From positions 128,001 through 192,000 of the forward strand of contig CAWGZR010000005.1 in the NCBI GenBank assembly GCA_963827165.1: a stretch of 64,000 nucleotides of DNA, read 5' to 3'. Numbering within the stretch: the stretch's first letter is position 1; every line of letters begins with the position of its first letter. Position numbers and translations under genes: made by a program. The notes beneath the pieces are model-generated. The model was not told the origin of the DNA. It did no database searches and worked only from the letters and a program-made list of their open reading frames with translations. Origin of the DNA: Candidatus Bathyarchaeota archaeon (GTDB lineage Archaea > Thermoproteota > Bathyarchaeia > Bathyarchaeales > Bathycorpusculaceae). Shown here piece by piece: positions 1 to 10,067 of this stretch.

Positions 1-1
1 A

Positions 2-1072
2 ACCGTCCTTAAGGTTTTGAGGTCTCAAGGTGCATACTTAGACACTGTTAGCCCAGGCGAAGTCTTCATGGGCTTAGTAACCGGATACACGCCGGATCGT
101 ATCATGTTCACAGGAACCAGCGTTCGAAACGACGAATTGAAAATGCTTGCGGACGCCAATATAACAGTAAACATCGACTCACTCTCCGAACTCGAAAGGC
201 TATTTAAAATTGGAGTTCCGCAGGTTTTGTCGGTTCGGGTTAACCCGGAAGTCGGCGCAGGACATCACACCCATTGTGTAACCGCTGGTCCAGACTCTAA
301 ATTCGGACTCTGGGAAGAAGAGGCCATTCAAGCTTACGCGATTGCAAAAAGAGCACGTGTGGAGCGCTTTGGCATTCACATGCATATTGGCTCGGGCATC
401 TTAGAAATAGAACCCTACGTGCAGGCTGTCGATAAGCTGCTAAGCATAGCTAAACGTGTTCATGAAGAAGTAGGCATAAGCTTCGAATTCATCGATATCG
501 GAGGCGGCTTTGGGGTTCCTTACAAGCCGGAAGACAAAGATTTCGATTTGGCCACCTTCTCAAGCAAAGTAGTGTCGCTCTTCAAAAACAAGGTTGCAGA
601 GTACGGTTTAGGCAAACCATTCTTATGCGTTGAGCCAGGCAGATACTTAGTTTGCGATGCAAGCATACTTCTAACAACAGTTAACACAGTGAAGACGACG
701 CCTTCAAAGAAGTTCGTCGGCGTAGACGCAGGCTTCAACACCTTAATTCGCCCAACAATGTACGGCTCCTACCAGCCAATCCTAGTTTCAAGCAAACTAG
801 ACGAGTCAAATAAGGAAACCTATGATGTAGTCGGTCCAATATGTGAGTCAGGCGACATATTAGCCAAAGACCGCGAATTGCCAACCGTGGAAGAAGGGGA
901 CGTGCTGGCGGTACTGAACGTCGGCGCCTACGGTTTCAGCATGAGTTCACAGTACAACGCGAGACCGAGAGCGGCGGAAGTCATGATTAGGCAAGGCAAA
1001 CCCGCGGTCATACGGGAACGCGAGCAACTCGACAACTTAACCGTTAACCAACATATGGAAGAGTCATCTTGA
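2..1072 (+). CDS. lysA: Diaminopimelate decarboxylase (5'-truncated by window edge)
   Basis: Frame is open from base 2; motifs SKFG, HMHIGS, IDIGGG, EPGRYLV, GPICESGD, GAYGFSMSSQYN. Confidence 0.95.
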   Translation, partial: TVLKVLRSQGAYLDTVSPGEVFMGLVTGYTPDRIMFTGTSVRNDELKMLADANITVNIDSLSELERLFKIGVPQVLSVRVNPEVGAGHHTHCVTAGPDSKFGLWEEEAIQAYAIAKRARVERFGIHMHIGSGILEIEPYVQAVDKLLSIAKRVHEEVGISFEFIDIGGGFGVPYKPEDKDFDLATFSSKVVSLFKNKVAEYGLGKPFLCVEPGRYLVCDASILLTTVNTVKTTPSKKFVGVDAGFNTLIRPTMYGSYQPILVSSKLDESNKETYDVVGPICESGDILAKDRELPTVEEGDVLAVLNVGAYGFSMSSQYNARPRAAEVMIRQGKPAVIREREQLDNLTVNQHMEESS

Positions 1073-1908
1073 CACATTTCTGGAAAATGCATGGCTTAGG
1101 TAACGACTACATAGTAATCGACAGCAGAAATGAAAAAATCAACAGCTCAAAAGCAGCCAAGTTGGCAAAGATTCTTTGTGAACGCCGCTTCTCAGTCGGT
1201 GCAGATGGCCTCCTACTTGTTTCCGCTTCCAAAACGGTTGACGCCAGGATGAGGATTTTCAACGCTGACGGTTCCGAAGCAGAAATGTGCGGCAACGGAA
1301 TAAGATGCTTTGCCAAGTACTGCTACGAAAACTGCATTGCCAATAAAAAAGATTTTACCATTGAAACCCTCTCAGGATTCAAACATGTCTGGTTAACAAT
1401 CAATGGAGGAGTAGTACAGACAGTTAAGGTTGATATGGGAGAGCCGAACTGGGAAAGGAGTTCGCTACCCATGGTCGGTCAAGGAACCTGGGTAGATGAA
1501 AACCTTGATGTAAACGGCAAAGCCTTCAAAGTCACTTGCCTTTCAATGGGTAATCCCCACTGTGTCTTATTCGTCGATAATGTGGATGATTTTCCCGTAG
1601 ACCAAATGGGACCAAAAATCGAGAACCATAATGATTTTCCCAAAAGAACCAACGTCGACTTCGTCCAAGTCCTAAATAGAACTCAACTGAAAATTCGAGT
1701 TTGGGAACGCGGCTGTGGAGAAACCTTAGCTTGCGGAACTGGAACTTGCGCGTCAGTGGCTGCCGCAAACAGACTTGGAAAAGTCGGAAATAAGGTTACT
1801 GTGCATCTTTTGGGGGGCTCTTTGAAGGTTGAGGTTATTTCGGGAAAACTATTCTTGAGCGGTCCCGCAGATAAAGTCTTTGAGGGAAGGCTGTTTTGTG
1901 AGGCGTAG
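1069..1908 (+). CDS. dapF: Diaminopimelate epimerase
   Basis: KMHGLGNDY, NADGSEAEMCGNGIRC, GNPHCV, ERGCGETLACGTG; overlaps lysA stop. Confidence 0.95.
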   Translation: MTHFWKMHGLGNDYIVIDSRNEKINSSKAAKLAKILCERRFSVGADGLLLVSASKTVDARMRIFNADGSEAEMCGNGIRCFAKYCYENCIANKKDFTIETLSGFKHVWLTINGGVVQTVKVDMGEPNWERSSLPMVGQGTWVDENLDVNGKAFKVTCLSMGNPHCVLFVDNVDDFPVDQMGPKIENHNDFPKRTNVDFVQVLNRTQLKIRVWERGCGETLACGTGTCASVAAANRLGKVGNKVTVHLLGGSLKVEVISGKLFLSGPADKVFEGRLFCEA

Positions 1909-1910
1909 AC

Positions 1911-3071
1911 ATGACGTTTGAGTATGCTAAGAGAATTAAGCGGTTGCCGCCGTACTTGTTCGCTGAAATTGAGAAAAAGATCAAGGAGAAGAAAGCTCTG
2001 GGTGTTGATTTGATCTCGCTGAGCATTGGTGACCCTGATTTGCCACCGCCAAAATTCGTTATTGAAGCGCTCAAAGAGGAGGCAGCTAACCCCAGGAACC
2101 ACAACTATTCTTTCAGCCAAGGAGAGCCAGATTTCCGTGAGGCAGTCACAGAATGGTACAAGAAAAGGTTCAATGTTGATTTGGCACAAGACCAAGTGGT
2201 AGCTCTCTTAGGCTCGAAGGAAGGAATAGCAAATGTAGCCCGAGCGTTCATCAACCCAGGCGAACACGTTTTGGTGCCTGACCCCAGTTACCCAGTATAC
2301 GCTAATGGAAGTACAATTCTTTGCGATGGCAAGGTCGAGCTAATGCCTCTTATTGAAGAGAACGGTTTCCAACCCGATTTTGAAGCCGTCGACCCCAATG
2401 GAGCCAAAATGATGTTCATCAACTACCCGAACAACCCGACGGCAGCAACCACCGATAAGAAATCTTTGGAGAAAGCAGTGGACTTCGCTAAAGACAATAA
2501 CATAATTCTCTGCTACGACAACGCCTACTCGGAAATAACCTACGACGGGTACCGCGCGCCAAGCATCTTAGAAGTTGACGGCGCCATGGAAGTGGCTATT
2601 GAGTTCCACTCGCTCTCGAAAACTTTCAACATGACTGGTGACCGGATCGGCTTCGCGGTAGGGAACAAGCAGCTCATTTGCGGCTTGGCTAAAGTTAAGT
2701 CACAGATTGATTCTGGACCGCCAGTGTACACTCAGAAAGTAGCAGTAAAAGCCTTAGCAGCTTACAAAGATAAGGAACCACCAGAATTCCTGAGGAAAAA
2801 CAACCAAATCCTTCAAGAACGTCGAAACCTTCTCGTGGAAACCCTGTGCAAAATCGGATACAAATGCGACAAACCCAAAGCAACATTCTACGTCTGGGCA
2901 AACTGCAAAGGCGACTCGATCAAGTTCGCCACCAAACTGCTCGACGCGGGAGTTGCTGTGACGCCTGGGATCGGCTTTGGAAAATGCGGAGAAGGCTATG
3001 TAAGGATGACTTTCACCCAACCTAAAGAGCGCATAGTTGAAGCATCCGAAAGAATAAGCAGTGCTTTCTAA
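1911..3071 (+). CDS. dapL: LL-diaminopimelate aminotransferase (class I/II PLP aminotransferase)
   Basis: LPPYLFAEI, GSKEG, NYPNNPT, DNAY, SLSKTFNMTGDRIG; third gene of a lys operon. Confidence 0.85.
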   Translation: MTFEYAKRIKRLPPYLFAEIEKKIKEKKALGVDLISLSIGDPDLPPPKFVIEALKEEAANPRNHNYSFSQGEPDFREAVTEWYKKRFNVDLAQDQVVALLGSKEGIANVARAFINPGEHVLVPDPSYPVYANGSTILCDGKVELMPLIEENGFQPDFEAVDPNGAKMMFINYPNNPTAATTDKKSLEKAVDFAKDNNIILCYDNAYSEITYDGYRAPSILEVDGAMEVAIEFHSLSKTFNMTGDRIGFAVGNKQLICGLAKVKSQIDSGPPVYTQKVAVKALAAYKDKEPPEFLRKNNQILQERRNLLVETLCKIGYKCDKPKATFYVWANCKGDSIKFATKLLDAGVAVTPGIGFGKCGEGYVRMTFTQPKERIVEASERISSAF

Positions 3072-3207
3072 CCACTTTCTTGAATTTCTATTTTACCTCC
3101 AGCAGCTAGCTGAGGTCATAGAGCCGAATACCACTCGTTAATACGGTATATATTAAATATGTGATGTATTAAATTCCTTAGAGTCGTAAACATCTTGGTG
3201 GATTAGA

Positions 3208-4221
3208 ATGGAACGCAGAATAATGTCTTTGGGCAGATCCTCAATGGTGATTTCGCTCCCAAAAAACTGGATGAACCTAAATGAATTAAACAAGGGAGAC
3301 GTAGTTTCGTACGCTATCCAACGTGACCGTTCACTGGTCGTTTATCCGGGAGCAGAGAAAAAGTCGCCACCGAAAGAGACAACGATTAAGATTGGACACA
3401 ACGATGATGAAGCATTAATAACCCAGAAGATCATTGGGTCATTTTTGAACGGATACGCTGGAATCACGCTCATAGCGGAAAAAATCCTCTCCGTTACCCA
3501 GAGAAAAGCCATACGGTACATCGCAGGCCGACTTTACATGAGAATTATGGAGTCGGATTCAAAAGGAGTTTACCTCCAAACTCTAACTGACGAATCAAAA
3601 GCTTCACTTGACCAGGCAGTGCAAAGAATGCATCTGATATCCTATTCCATGTGTGAAGATGTCTTCAATGCCTTGAAAACAAACGACGTTTCACTTGCAA
3701 AATCTGTTCTTTCACTCGACGATGACGTGGATCAATTTCACTTCCTTATCCTAAGAATATTACGGGGCGCAGCTCAAAGTCCAGTTTTGGCAAATGAACT
3801 TCGCTTGGACCCGCTCGATTGCATGGACTACCAGTATCTTTCGGTGCTAATCGAGCATGCCGCAGATTACGTCGCAGACATAGCCAAACACATCATAATG
3901 ATAGATGGAATGGGAGAGAAAATTCCAGCCAACTTGTTGGAGCTTATGGTCGATGAAGGAATGGAGGTAGTCGACTTGTACATTAAAGCCGTCAACGCTT
4001 TCTTTCAACACGACGCTGATTTTTCAGTTGAAATAATGAAGCAGACCAAGAGAATTGAAAAATTGGATCAAGAAATCGCAAATACAACTTTCATAAGCAA
4101 CAAAAGACCCGAGCTAATCTGCGCAGTTTGTTCTATTAGAGAAGACATAAAGAGAATTGCTTTCTATGCAGCAAACATCGCTGAAGTTACGGTGAATCAC
4201 GCGTTCAAAGTTTCGACGTAA
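3208..4221 (+). CDS. Phosphate uptake regulator (AbrB N-terminal + PhoU domains)
   Basis: N-terminal RRIMSLGRSSMVISLPKNW AbrB-type motif; PhoU-like DDDVD and IEHAAD helices. Confidence 0.85.
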   Translation: MERRIMSLGRSSMVISLPKNWMNLNELNKGDVVSYAIQRDRSLVVYPGAEKKSPPKETTIKIGHNDDEALITQKIIGSFLNGYAGITLIAEKILSVTQRKAIRYIAGRLYMRIMESDSKGVYLQTLTDESKASLDQAVQRMHLISYSMCEDVFNALKTNDVSLAKSVLSLDDDVDQFHFLILRILRGAAQSPVLANELRLDPLDCMDYQYLSVLIEHAADYVADIAKHIIMIDGMGEKIPANLLELMVDEGMEVVDLYIKAVNAFFQHDADFSVEIMKQTKRIEKLDQEIANTTFISNKRPELICAVCSIREDIKRIAFYAANIAEVTVNHAFKVST

Positions 4222-4249
4222 AAAAAAATAAACGTGAAAAAGGAAAACC

Positions 4250-5965
4250 CTATGCGGGTTTCTTTGTCGATTGATAATTCAACGTCATAGCCAGCTTTGA
4301 GGGTAGCAGATCTTTTTCCAGCATCTTTCTTGCCATCGGTAATGCTACGTTGAAGTTGTATACTTCTTTGCCGTTGCTTCGTGCATCCCGCAGCATTTCT
4401 TTCTCAACTTTGTGCTTTAAGTCGCCTACGCTTAGAGCGCCGATAACGAATATTCCAGGTAGCATTTCTTTCATGTCGTCTTTGAGTTCGATGCCTTCTA
4501 CGCCGAAGGGTGGAACTGCGTTTATGTCAAGCAGCAACTTCATGTGTTTGACGTCTTTGAGCATCTCTTTGTCGATGATGCGGACTCCTTTGACGCCTGC
4601 GCACATAATTACATCAGATTTCTGTATAATCTCGATTTTTGACGCAGGTGTCGGTGCGAATACTCCTTGAACTTGTACGCCGTGGTCTTTTGCCAAAAGT
4701 TTCCCTATACCTTCTGCATGTTCTTTACCGTCTGCACGTTTCGGGTTCAGGCTGGCAATCATTACTTTGCAACCCATCTTAGCGAGAAGGACAGCTGCTA
4801 TTTGTCCGACTGCACCGGTTCCCATGATGGCGCATGTCTTGTCTTTTAGTTCTCCAAGTTTGTTTGTTATTAGTGCGTTTTCTGCTTTCGCAACCATCGC
4901 TGCGGCTGTGGTATAAGCGCCGGCCGGGTCAATTATGATGCTTGTTTTGAATGGTGGGAACATTGAGTCCTTGACTGCCTGAAAGACTTCTTCGCTTCGT
5001 TCAGCGTTTTTTCCGCCGATCATGAAGGCTGTGTGTTTAACGCCTTTGGGCCCTCTTGAGAGCAATGCGTCTTGAGTGATGTTTCTTGCATCTTCAGGAT
5101 TCACGTTTTCGTATGGGATGACTGCGTCGTAGCCGACGTCGTATGCCATGCAGATGTCGAATGGGCTAGCTTTGGCGTCGGTGTCAATATAAAATAGTAA
5201 GTAAGGTGCTTCTTCCGTTCCTTTGCCCATTGTTGGCTTAACTTGGATCTGGATTGATTCCAACCAGTTTTCCATCTCATGAGTGGATGGTACTTCCGTG
5301 CTTGCTGCGATAACTTTCTTCGAAAGCTTTGCAGTTTCAACTTTCGCGTTCATCGATTCGAGCATCTGCTTTACTCCAGTCATGTGCTCGGGACTACAGA
5401 TGTGTAGGCAGGTCATTTCTTCTTTTCCTTTGACCTCTCTTGCGTGATTTAGAATGCCCATTGTTATCCAGCTTTCTCTAATCGAGAAATTAACTTCTTT
5501 TTGATGTTCTTCTATCTCAAATTGGAGACTTTGGCCAAGAGCGATCAAGTATTCTTTTTCCATTGAATCGTCTTTCTGTTTGGGCAGATTGTCCAAAGCT
5601 CTTAACAAATCATTTAGTGAGTTTATTTTTTTAGCGATTACGTCTCCGATATAGTCTTTTGCGGTTGCGTCAATGTCAACGGCGAAATAAGGAATGCTGC
5701 TTTTGCGCAAAATGTCCGTGGTTATGCTACCATCAAAGTCTGCGTTGGATCGATTACCTAATTCATCTGTGACGAAATCCACATTGACTTTGCTTACAAG
5801 GTTTTCGAGAAACTTGTAGAAACCTATGGAAGGCTTGAGCAAGGCTTTGGCTGAGTTCGAGTTTGCTTGCGGCTCGGTGACCCAGAACTGCTCATTGTAT
5901 TCTTTTTCCAGCAGTAAGACGTTGAGTTTCTTTTTTTCTAAAGGTTTTAATTCGAGAGTTTCCAT
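4250..5965 (-). CDS. NAD(P)-dependent methylene-H4MPT/H4F dehydrogenase (MtdA/MtdB family) with ~250-aa N-terminal TraB/ChaN-like domain
   Basis: C-terminal SPFDICMAYDVGYD, SRGPKG, MFPPF, DPAGAYTTAAAMVA, GTGAVG, DINAVPPFGVEGI, GALSVGDLK match MtdA/B. Confidence 0.85.
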   Translation of the reverse strand: METLELKPLEKKKLNVLLLEKEYNEQFWVTEPQANSNSAKALLKPSIGFYKFLENLVSKVNVDFVTDELGNRSNADFDGSITTDILRKSSIPYFAVDIDATAKDYIGDVIAKKINSLNDLLRALDNLPKQKDDSMEKEYLIALGQSLQFEIEEHQKEVNFSIRESWITMGILNHAREVKGKEEMTCLHICSPEHMTGVKQMLESMNAKVETAKLSKKVIAASTEVPSTHEMENWLESIQIQVKPTMGKGTEEAPYLLFYIDTDAKASPFDICMAYDVGYDAVIPYENVNPEDARNITQDALLSRGPKGVKHTAFMIGGKNAERSEEVFQAVKDSMFPPFKTSIIIDPAGAYTTAAAMVAKAENALITNKLGELKDKTCAIMGTGAVGQIAAVLLAKMGCKVMIASLNPKRADGKEHAEGIGKLLAKDHGVQVQGVFAPTPASKIEIIQKSDVIMCAGVKGVRIIDKEMLKDVKHMKLLLDINAVPPFGVEGIELKDDMKEMLPGIFVIGALSVGDLKHKVEKEMLRDARSNGKEVYNFNVALPMARKMLEKDLLPSKLAMTLNYQSTKKPA

Positions 5966-6150
5966 TTTTGTTAACCTCTGCTTCTGTGAGAACTACAAAG
6001 GCTGATATATACTTAATCGAAATACGCCATGTAAAGTTATATATGGTATATACAAGTAGGCAACAAACGATATATCGGCATATACTGCCTATACAGCATA
6101 TTCTGCGAACAAAACAATAGAAAAAGAATAAAAAAGAGTTTAAAAAACAT

Positions 6151-7038
6151 TCAAGAATTATTTTGGCTGTAACTCTCTTCATCAAAGGTTGGTTGAGCCA
6201 TCAGTTTAGTCTTGTATTTTAGTTTGCCATCCTTCGCATGAGGCTTTCTCAATAATTCATCGGTGTATTTTTCGATCTCACGCGCTTCCTCAGCTAGTCT
6301 GGCAGCTGCCTGAGCTACTTCGTGGGCGGATGCCACCAATGGGATGTATTTTTCATGCTCCTTTTCTATGAAGCAGGCTAACGTATTGATGTCAGCGACT
6401 TTTTCAGCCATTCCGTAGGCAGCGATTGCTTTAGCTTTTGCGTAAGGATTGTTGAAGAAAATCTGATCCCGGATGGTTGCGATATCGATGACTATCTTGG
6501 GCAAAATAGGAGGCAAACCAGCTTCAACTGCGTAAATCACTTTGTCGATCTCCTGATACACGATCCGGTAGACACCTGTTATGGCGAGGACTTTGCTTAT
6601 GTTTGAATTAAAAATTGCCATTTCAATAGGATCTAGGAACTCTTTTCTTGCTCCAATGAGCGGGTCCCCAGTGATAATGATGTAGCCTAAGCCTTGTTTT
6701 TCGATGTCGCCTTTGATGCGTTTGCCGGGAGAATCAGTTATGACTATTCCAGGTATCTTTCTGCTTGCGACTGCATCTCGAGCTTTAGTGGGACCTGGCA
6801 ACGCTGTGTTAGGCGATATTATTACCATAACTTCAGGATAAAACTCGAAGATTTTAGGCAAGGCTTCTTCGACGTCGTCAGCGCCCATTTTTGAACCTGT
6901 TGTTACGGTTCGAACCTTGATGTCTCTTCGATCGGCTAATTCATCCAATAGAAGCTCGAGACAAGGTGATGTCCCGATATTTCCACATTTGAAAATTCCA
7001 ATTTTTCTTGGAGCCGGTTGTTGTTGCTGTTCCGCCAA
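6151..7038 (-). CDS. mtd: F420-dependent methylene-H4MPT dehydrogenase
   Basis: KIGIFKCGNIGTS, LLDELADRRDI, GSKM, SPN, PGP, IGARKEFLDPIEMAIFN, NPYAKAKA, LVASAHE. Confidence 0.92.
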   Translation of the reverse strand: MAEQQQQPAPRKIGIFKCGNIGTSPCLELLLDELADRRDIKVRTVTTGSKMGADDVEEALPKIFEFYPEVMVIISPNTALPGPTKARDAVASRKIPGIVITDSPGKRIKGDIEKQGLGYIIITGDPLIGARKEFLDPIEMAIFNSNISKVLAITGVYRIVYQEIDKVIYAVEAGLPPILPKIVIDIATIRDQIFFNNPYAKAKAIAAYGMAEKVADINTLACFIEKEHEKYIPLVASAHEVAQAAARLAEEAREIEKYTDELLRKPHAKDGKLKYKTKLMAQPTFDEESYSQNNS

Positions 7039-7243
7039 TTTGTACTTACCCCTTAGTAGATAGAATTTTATGCTGTTTTGAGCATTTAAAAGTTGTCATA
7101 TTATGCATTCTTGATAGTTTTTGAGTTTATTTTTGTTGTGAGGTGACTTATTTTTTTGGAAATCGGATCGAGACAAAGCTGAATTAAGGGTTGAACCGTA
7201 ATTTTTTAATAACTTAGTCTTCAAAGATGTAGTCAAGTAAAGT

Positions 7244-8305
7244 TTGAACGAGGGTTACGTGTTGTCGTTAAATGAGAATATTGAGAATCTTGCAAACGCA
7301 TGTGGCGTTACGGGTAGAGAAGGCGAGGTTCGTGAGTTGATGATTAGGCTCATGACCCCTTACGTTGACGAGATTGTTGTCGATAAACTTGAAAATGTCA
7401 TAGGTATTAAAAAAGGCAAAGAAAAATCGACTAAAATAATGCTAGCAGCCCATATGGATGAAATTGGGTTGATGGTGAAAACAATCACTAAAGACGGCTT
7501 TTTACAATTCGCAAAAATGGGAGGAATAGACGACCGCATCCTGCCTGCTCAAATGGTCACGGTTTTTTCGAGAAAAACCTCTTTCCCAGGCATAATTGGC
7601 TCTAAACCACCCCACATCCAAAAGGAGGAAGAACGAAAAAAAATCATTACGTCAGATGAACTCTTTATCGATGTAGGTGCAGAAAGCCGGGATGATGCTT
7701 TAGCCATGGGTATTGCGGTGGGTGACCCTATAGGTTTCAACATCAAATACACGAAGTTGGGTAGAGATGTGGCGGTGGGCAAAGCTTTCGATAATCGAGC
7801 AGGCTGCGCGGCTATGATTGAAACCCTCAAACTTATCGAAAAAACCGACTACACAATCTATGCCGTGGGAACGGTTCAGGAAGAGGTAGGCTTGCGAGGC
7901 GCAGGTGCGGCAGCTTTCCAGATTGATCCCGATGTGGCGATAGCTCTCGATGTCACAATAGCCGGCGATGTCCCGGGTGTAAGGGAATATGACACAAGCG
8001 TCAAGATGGGCAAAGGTCCCGCAGTAACAATTTCCGATTCCGGCTTGATTACTCATCCAAAGGTTCTACGTTGGCTTCTGGATTCGGCTGAGGAAGAGAA
8101 AATCCCCTTTCAGATAGAAACAGGACTCATGGGTTCAACGGACGCTGCGCGCATTTCCTTAACAAGGCAAGGAATCCCTAGCGGAAACATTTCGATAGCG
8201 ACAAGGTACATTCATAGCCCCGTGGGCATGCTTAGCATAAAGGACATTGAGAACTCAGCGAAACTCGCCGTTGCCGCTATTCAAAGAACATCCAGATACT
8301 TCTAG
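7244..8305 (+). CDS. M42 family metallopeptidase (TET-type aminopeptidase)
   Basis: AAHMDEIG, KAFDNRAG, QEEVGLRGA, TDA, RYIHSP; true start may be a few codons downstream. Confidence 0.9.
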   Translation: MNEGYVLSLNENIENLANACGVTGREGEVRELMIRLMTPYVDEIVVDKLENVIGIKKGKEKSTKIMLAAHMDEIGLMVKTITKDGFLQFAKMGGIDDRILPAQMVTVFSRKTSFPGIIGSKPPHIQKEEERKKIITSDELFIDVGAESRDDALAMGIAVGDPIGFNIKYTKLGRDVAVGKAFDNRAGCAAMIETLKLIEKTDYTIYAVGTVQEEVGLRGAGAAAFQIDPDVAIALDVTIAGDVPGVREYDTSVKMGKGPAVTISDSGLITHPKVLRWLLDSAEEEKIPFQIETGLMGSTDAARISLTRQGIPSGNISIATRYIHSPVGMLSIKDIENSAKLAVAAIQRTSRYF

Positions 8306-8318
8306 GAGGTAAAAAAAA

Positions 8319-8774
8319 ATATCATCACCAGAGAAACTTGTCGTTGAAATAGCCACTAAAACTTATCAAAGCGGCTACAACTGCGCCCAAACCGTTTTAC
8401 TAACCCTTTACAACCAGATTGAACCCAACTCTAAAAATGATTTAATCCCGAAAATTGCCGCAGGATTCGGGGGAGGCATAGGACGCTGCGGGTCCGTGTG
8501 CGGCGCATTAACGGGCAGCATAATGGCTGTGGGAATCAAATATGGATCCAATGAGGTTAGCCCTGAAAAGCAAGCTAAAGCTTACGCTTACGCAAACAAG
8601 CTGTACAAGCAATTTGAAAAGCAGCACGGAACGGTCTATTGTCGAGATTTGATTAAATACGACTTGTCAAAGCCGGAGGAAGCGGTTAAAGCGCGTCATG
8701 AAAAAGTGTCTGAGAAGGTCTGTGCTAATTTGATTAAGGCAGGAATTATAAGTTTTCTTGAACTTGAAAAGTGA
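8319..8774 (+). CDS. C-GCAxxG-C-C family (putative redox) protein, apparently starting at ATA
   Basis: Extending the frame upstream of the track ORF gives GYNCAQTV...FGGGIGRCGSVCGALTG...YCRDL...VC; GGAGGT at 8305-8310, ATA at 8319, in-frame TAA at 8310. Confidence 0.8.
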   Translation: MSSPEKLVVEIATKTYQSGYNCAQTVLLTLYNQIEPNSKNDLIPKIAAGFGGGIGRCGSVCGALTGSIMAVGIKYGSNEVSPEKQAKAYAYANKLYKQFEKQHGTVYCRDLIKYDLSKPEEAVKARHEKVSEKVCANLIKAGIISFLELEK

Positions 8775-8838
8775 CCTATCGCACATATAGAAAGTGTTTT
8801 TAGCAGTTCAGCCTCATTGATTAGGGTAGGGCTAAAAA

Positions 8839-9288
8839 ATGGAACCTGCTCAAAAATTTGCTGGAAAATTCGAGTTCTTAGAACACACCGCGGACGTCTA
8901 CATTCGCGCTTTCGGAAAAACGATGGAGGAAGCATATGCTAATTCTGCTTTAGCAATGTTTGAAGTTATGACGGACACAGACAAAATTGCTCAAACATCA
9001 CAAGAAAGTTTAGAGGTGGAAGCAGAAGACCAGTATGCACTACTTTACAATTGGCTAGAAGTCTTACTTGTAAAATTTGAAACTGAAGGAATGCTCTACT
9101 CAAAATTTGAAATATCTGATTGGAAAGAAACTGAGGAAACCTTCCGCTTCAAGGCAAAAATATGGGGGGAAAAATATGACGCCCAAAAGCACCCGCAAAA
9201 AGTAGGCGTTAAAGCTATAACCTACCATAGAATGATGATAATCAGAGAAAAAGAAAGCGCTGTTTTAGAGTTTATTTTGGATATTTAG
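8839..9288 (+). CDS. Archease
   Basis: FEFLEHTADV N-terminus, VKAITYH, C-terminal LDI. Confidence 0.92.
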   Translation: MEPAQKFAGKFEFLEHTADVYIRAFGKTMEEAYANSALAMFEVMTDTDKIAQTSQESLEVEAEDQYALLYNWLEVLLVKFETEGMLYSKFEISDWKETEETFRFKAKIWGEKYDAQKHPQKVGVKAITYHRMMIIREKESAVLEFILDI

Positions 9289-9956
9289 ATGAAATGTCGT
9301 TTTTTCAGTTCCTCAACCATTTTGTCAACAACTGGCTCTGGCGGCTGGTCAAGAGCGGTGGTTTTTGAGACTACTAAGGGCACTTTTTTCTGTTCAAAGT
9401 ACATTAAGAGTGGTTTTGCCTGTTCATGATAAACCTGCAGCCTTTTCTTAATGACCTCAGGGGTATCGTCCGAACGCTGGTATAGTGGACCTTCGCATTT
9501 GTCACAGACTCCCTCAGCCTTCGGCTTCAGAAAGCGGACATTGTAAACTGTCCCGCAATCTCGACATATCCTTCGGCTGGACAGTCGTTCTATGATAAGC
9601 CAGTCGGGCACGTCAAGCATCAATACGACATCAATTTTGGCTATGGCTTCAAGGGCTTTGGCCTGTTCAAGTGTGCGTGGGAAACCGTCCAAAATGAAGC
9701 CTTTCCCTAAAGGAATCTTTGCTAAACGTAGCTTTAGAACTTCTAACACAATTTCGTCAGGAACCAAAAGCCCCTTTTCAACGTAACCCTTGACTTTTCG
9801 CCCCAGTTCCGAGTCCTGCTTGATCAATTCACGAAAAATGTCGCCTGTCGCGATTGTTTCAACACCGAGCTTTTGTTGAAGCCTGCTTACGTAGGTGCCT
9901 TTTCCTGCGCCTGGCGCTCCAAACATGACAGCTTTCAAATTTCTTTTTGCCCCCAC
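9285..9956 (-). CDS. adk: Adenylate kinase (bacterial-type, Zn-lid)
   Basis: GAPGAGKGT, TGDIFR, LDGFPRT, lid CxxC...CxxC, RSDD. Confidence 0.93.
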   Translation of the reverse strand: MGAKRNLKAVMFGAPGAGKGTYVSRLQQKLGVETIATGDIFRELIKQDSELGRKVKGYVEKGLLVPDEIVLEVLKLRLAKIPLGKGFILDGFPRTLEQAKALEAIAKIDVVLMLDVPDWLIIERLSSRRICRDCGTVYNVRFLKPKAEGVCDKCEGPLYQRSDDTPEVIKKRLQVYHEQAKPLLMYFEQKKVPLVVSKTTALDQPPEPVVDKMVEELKKRHFI

Positions 9957-10067
9957 TTACCCACTTGCATAGAGGGTGAGCAATAATTAAGTTTTATGTG
10001 CTATTTTTGGCTTTCACGGAAACGTTTATGCCAACACGGCGCCTATCAAAGGTGGCAAGGTGAAGAT

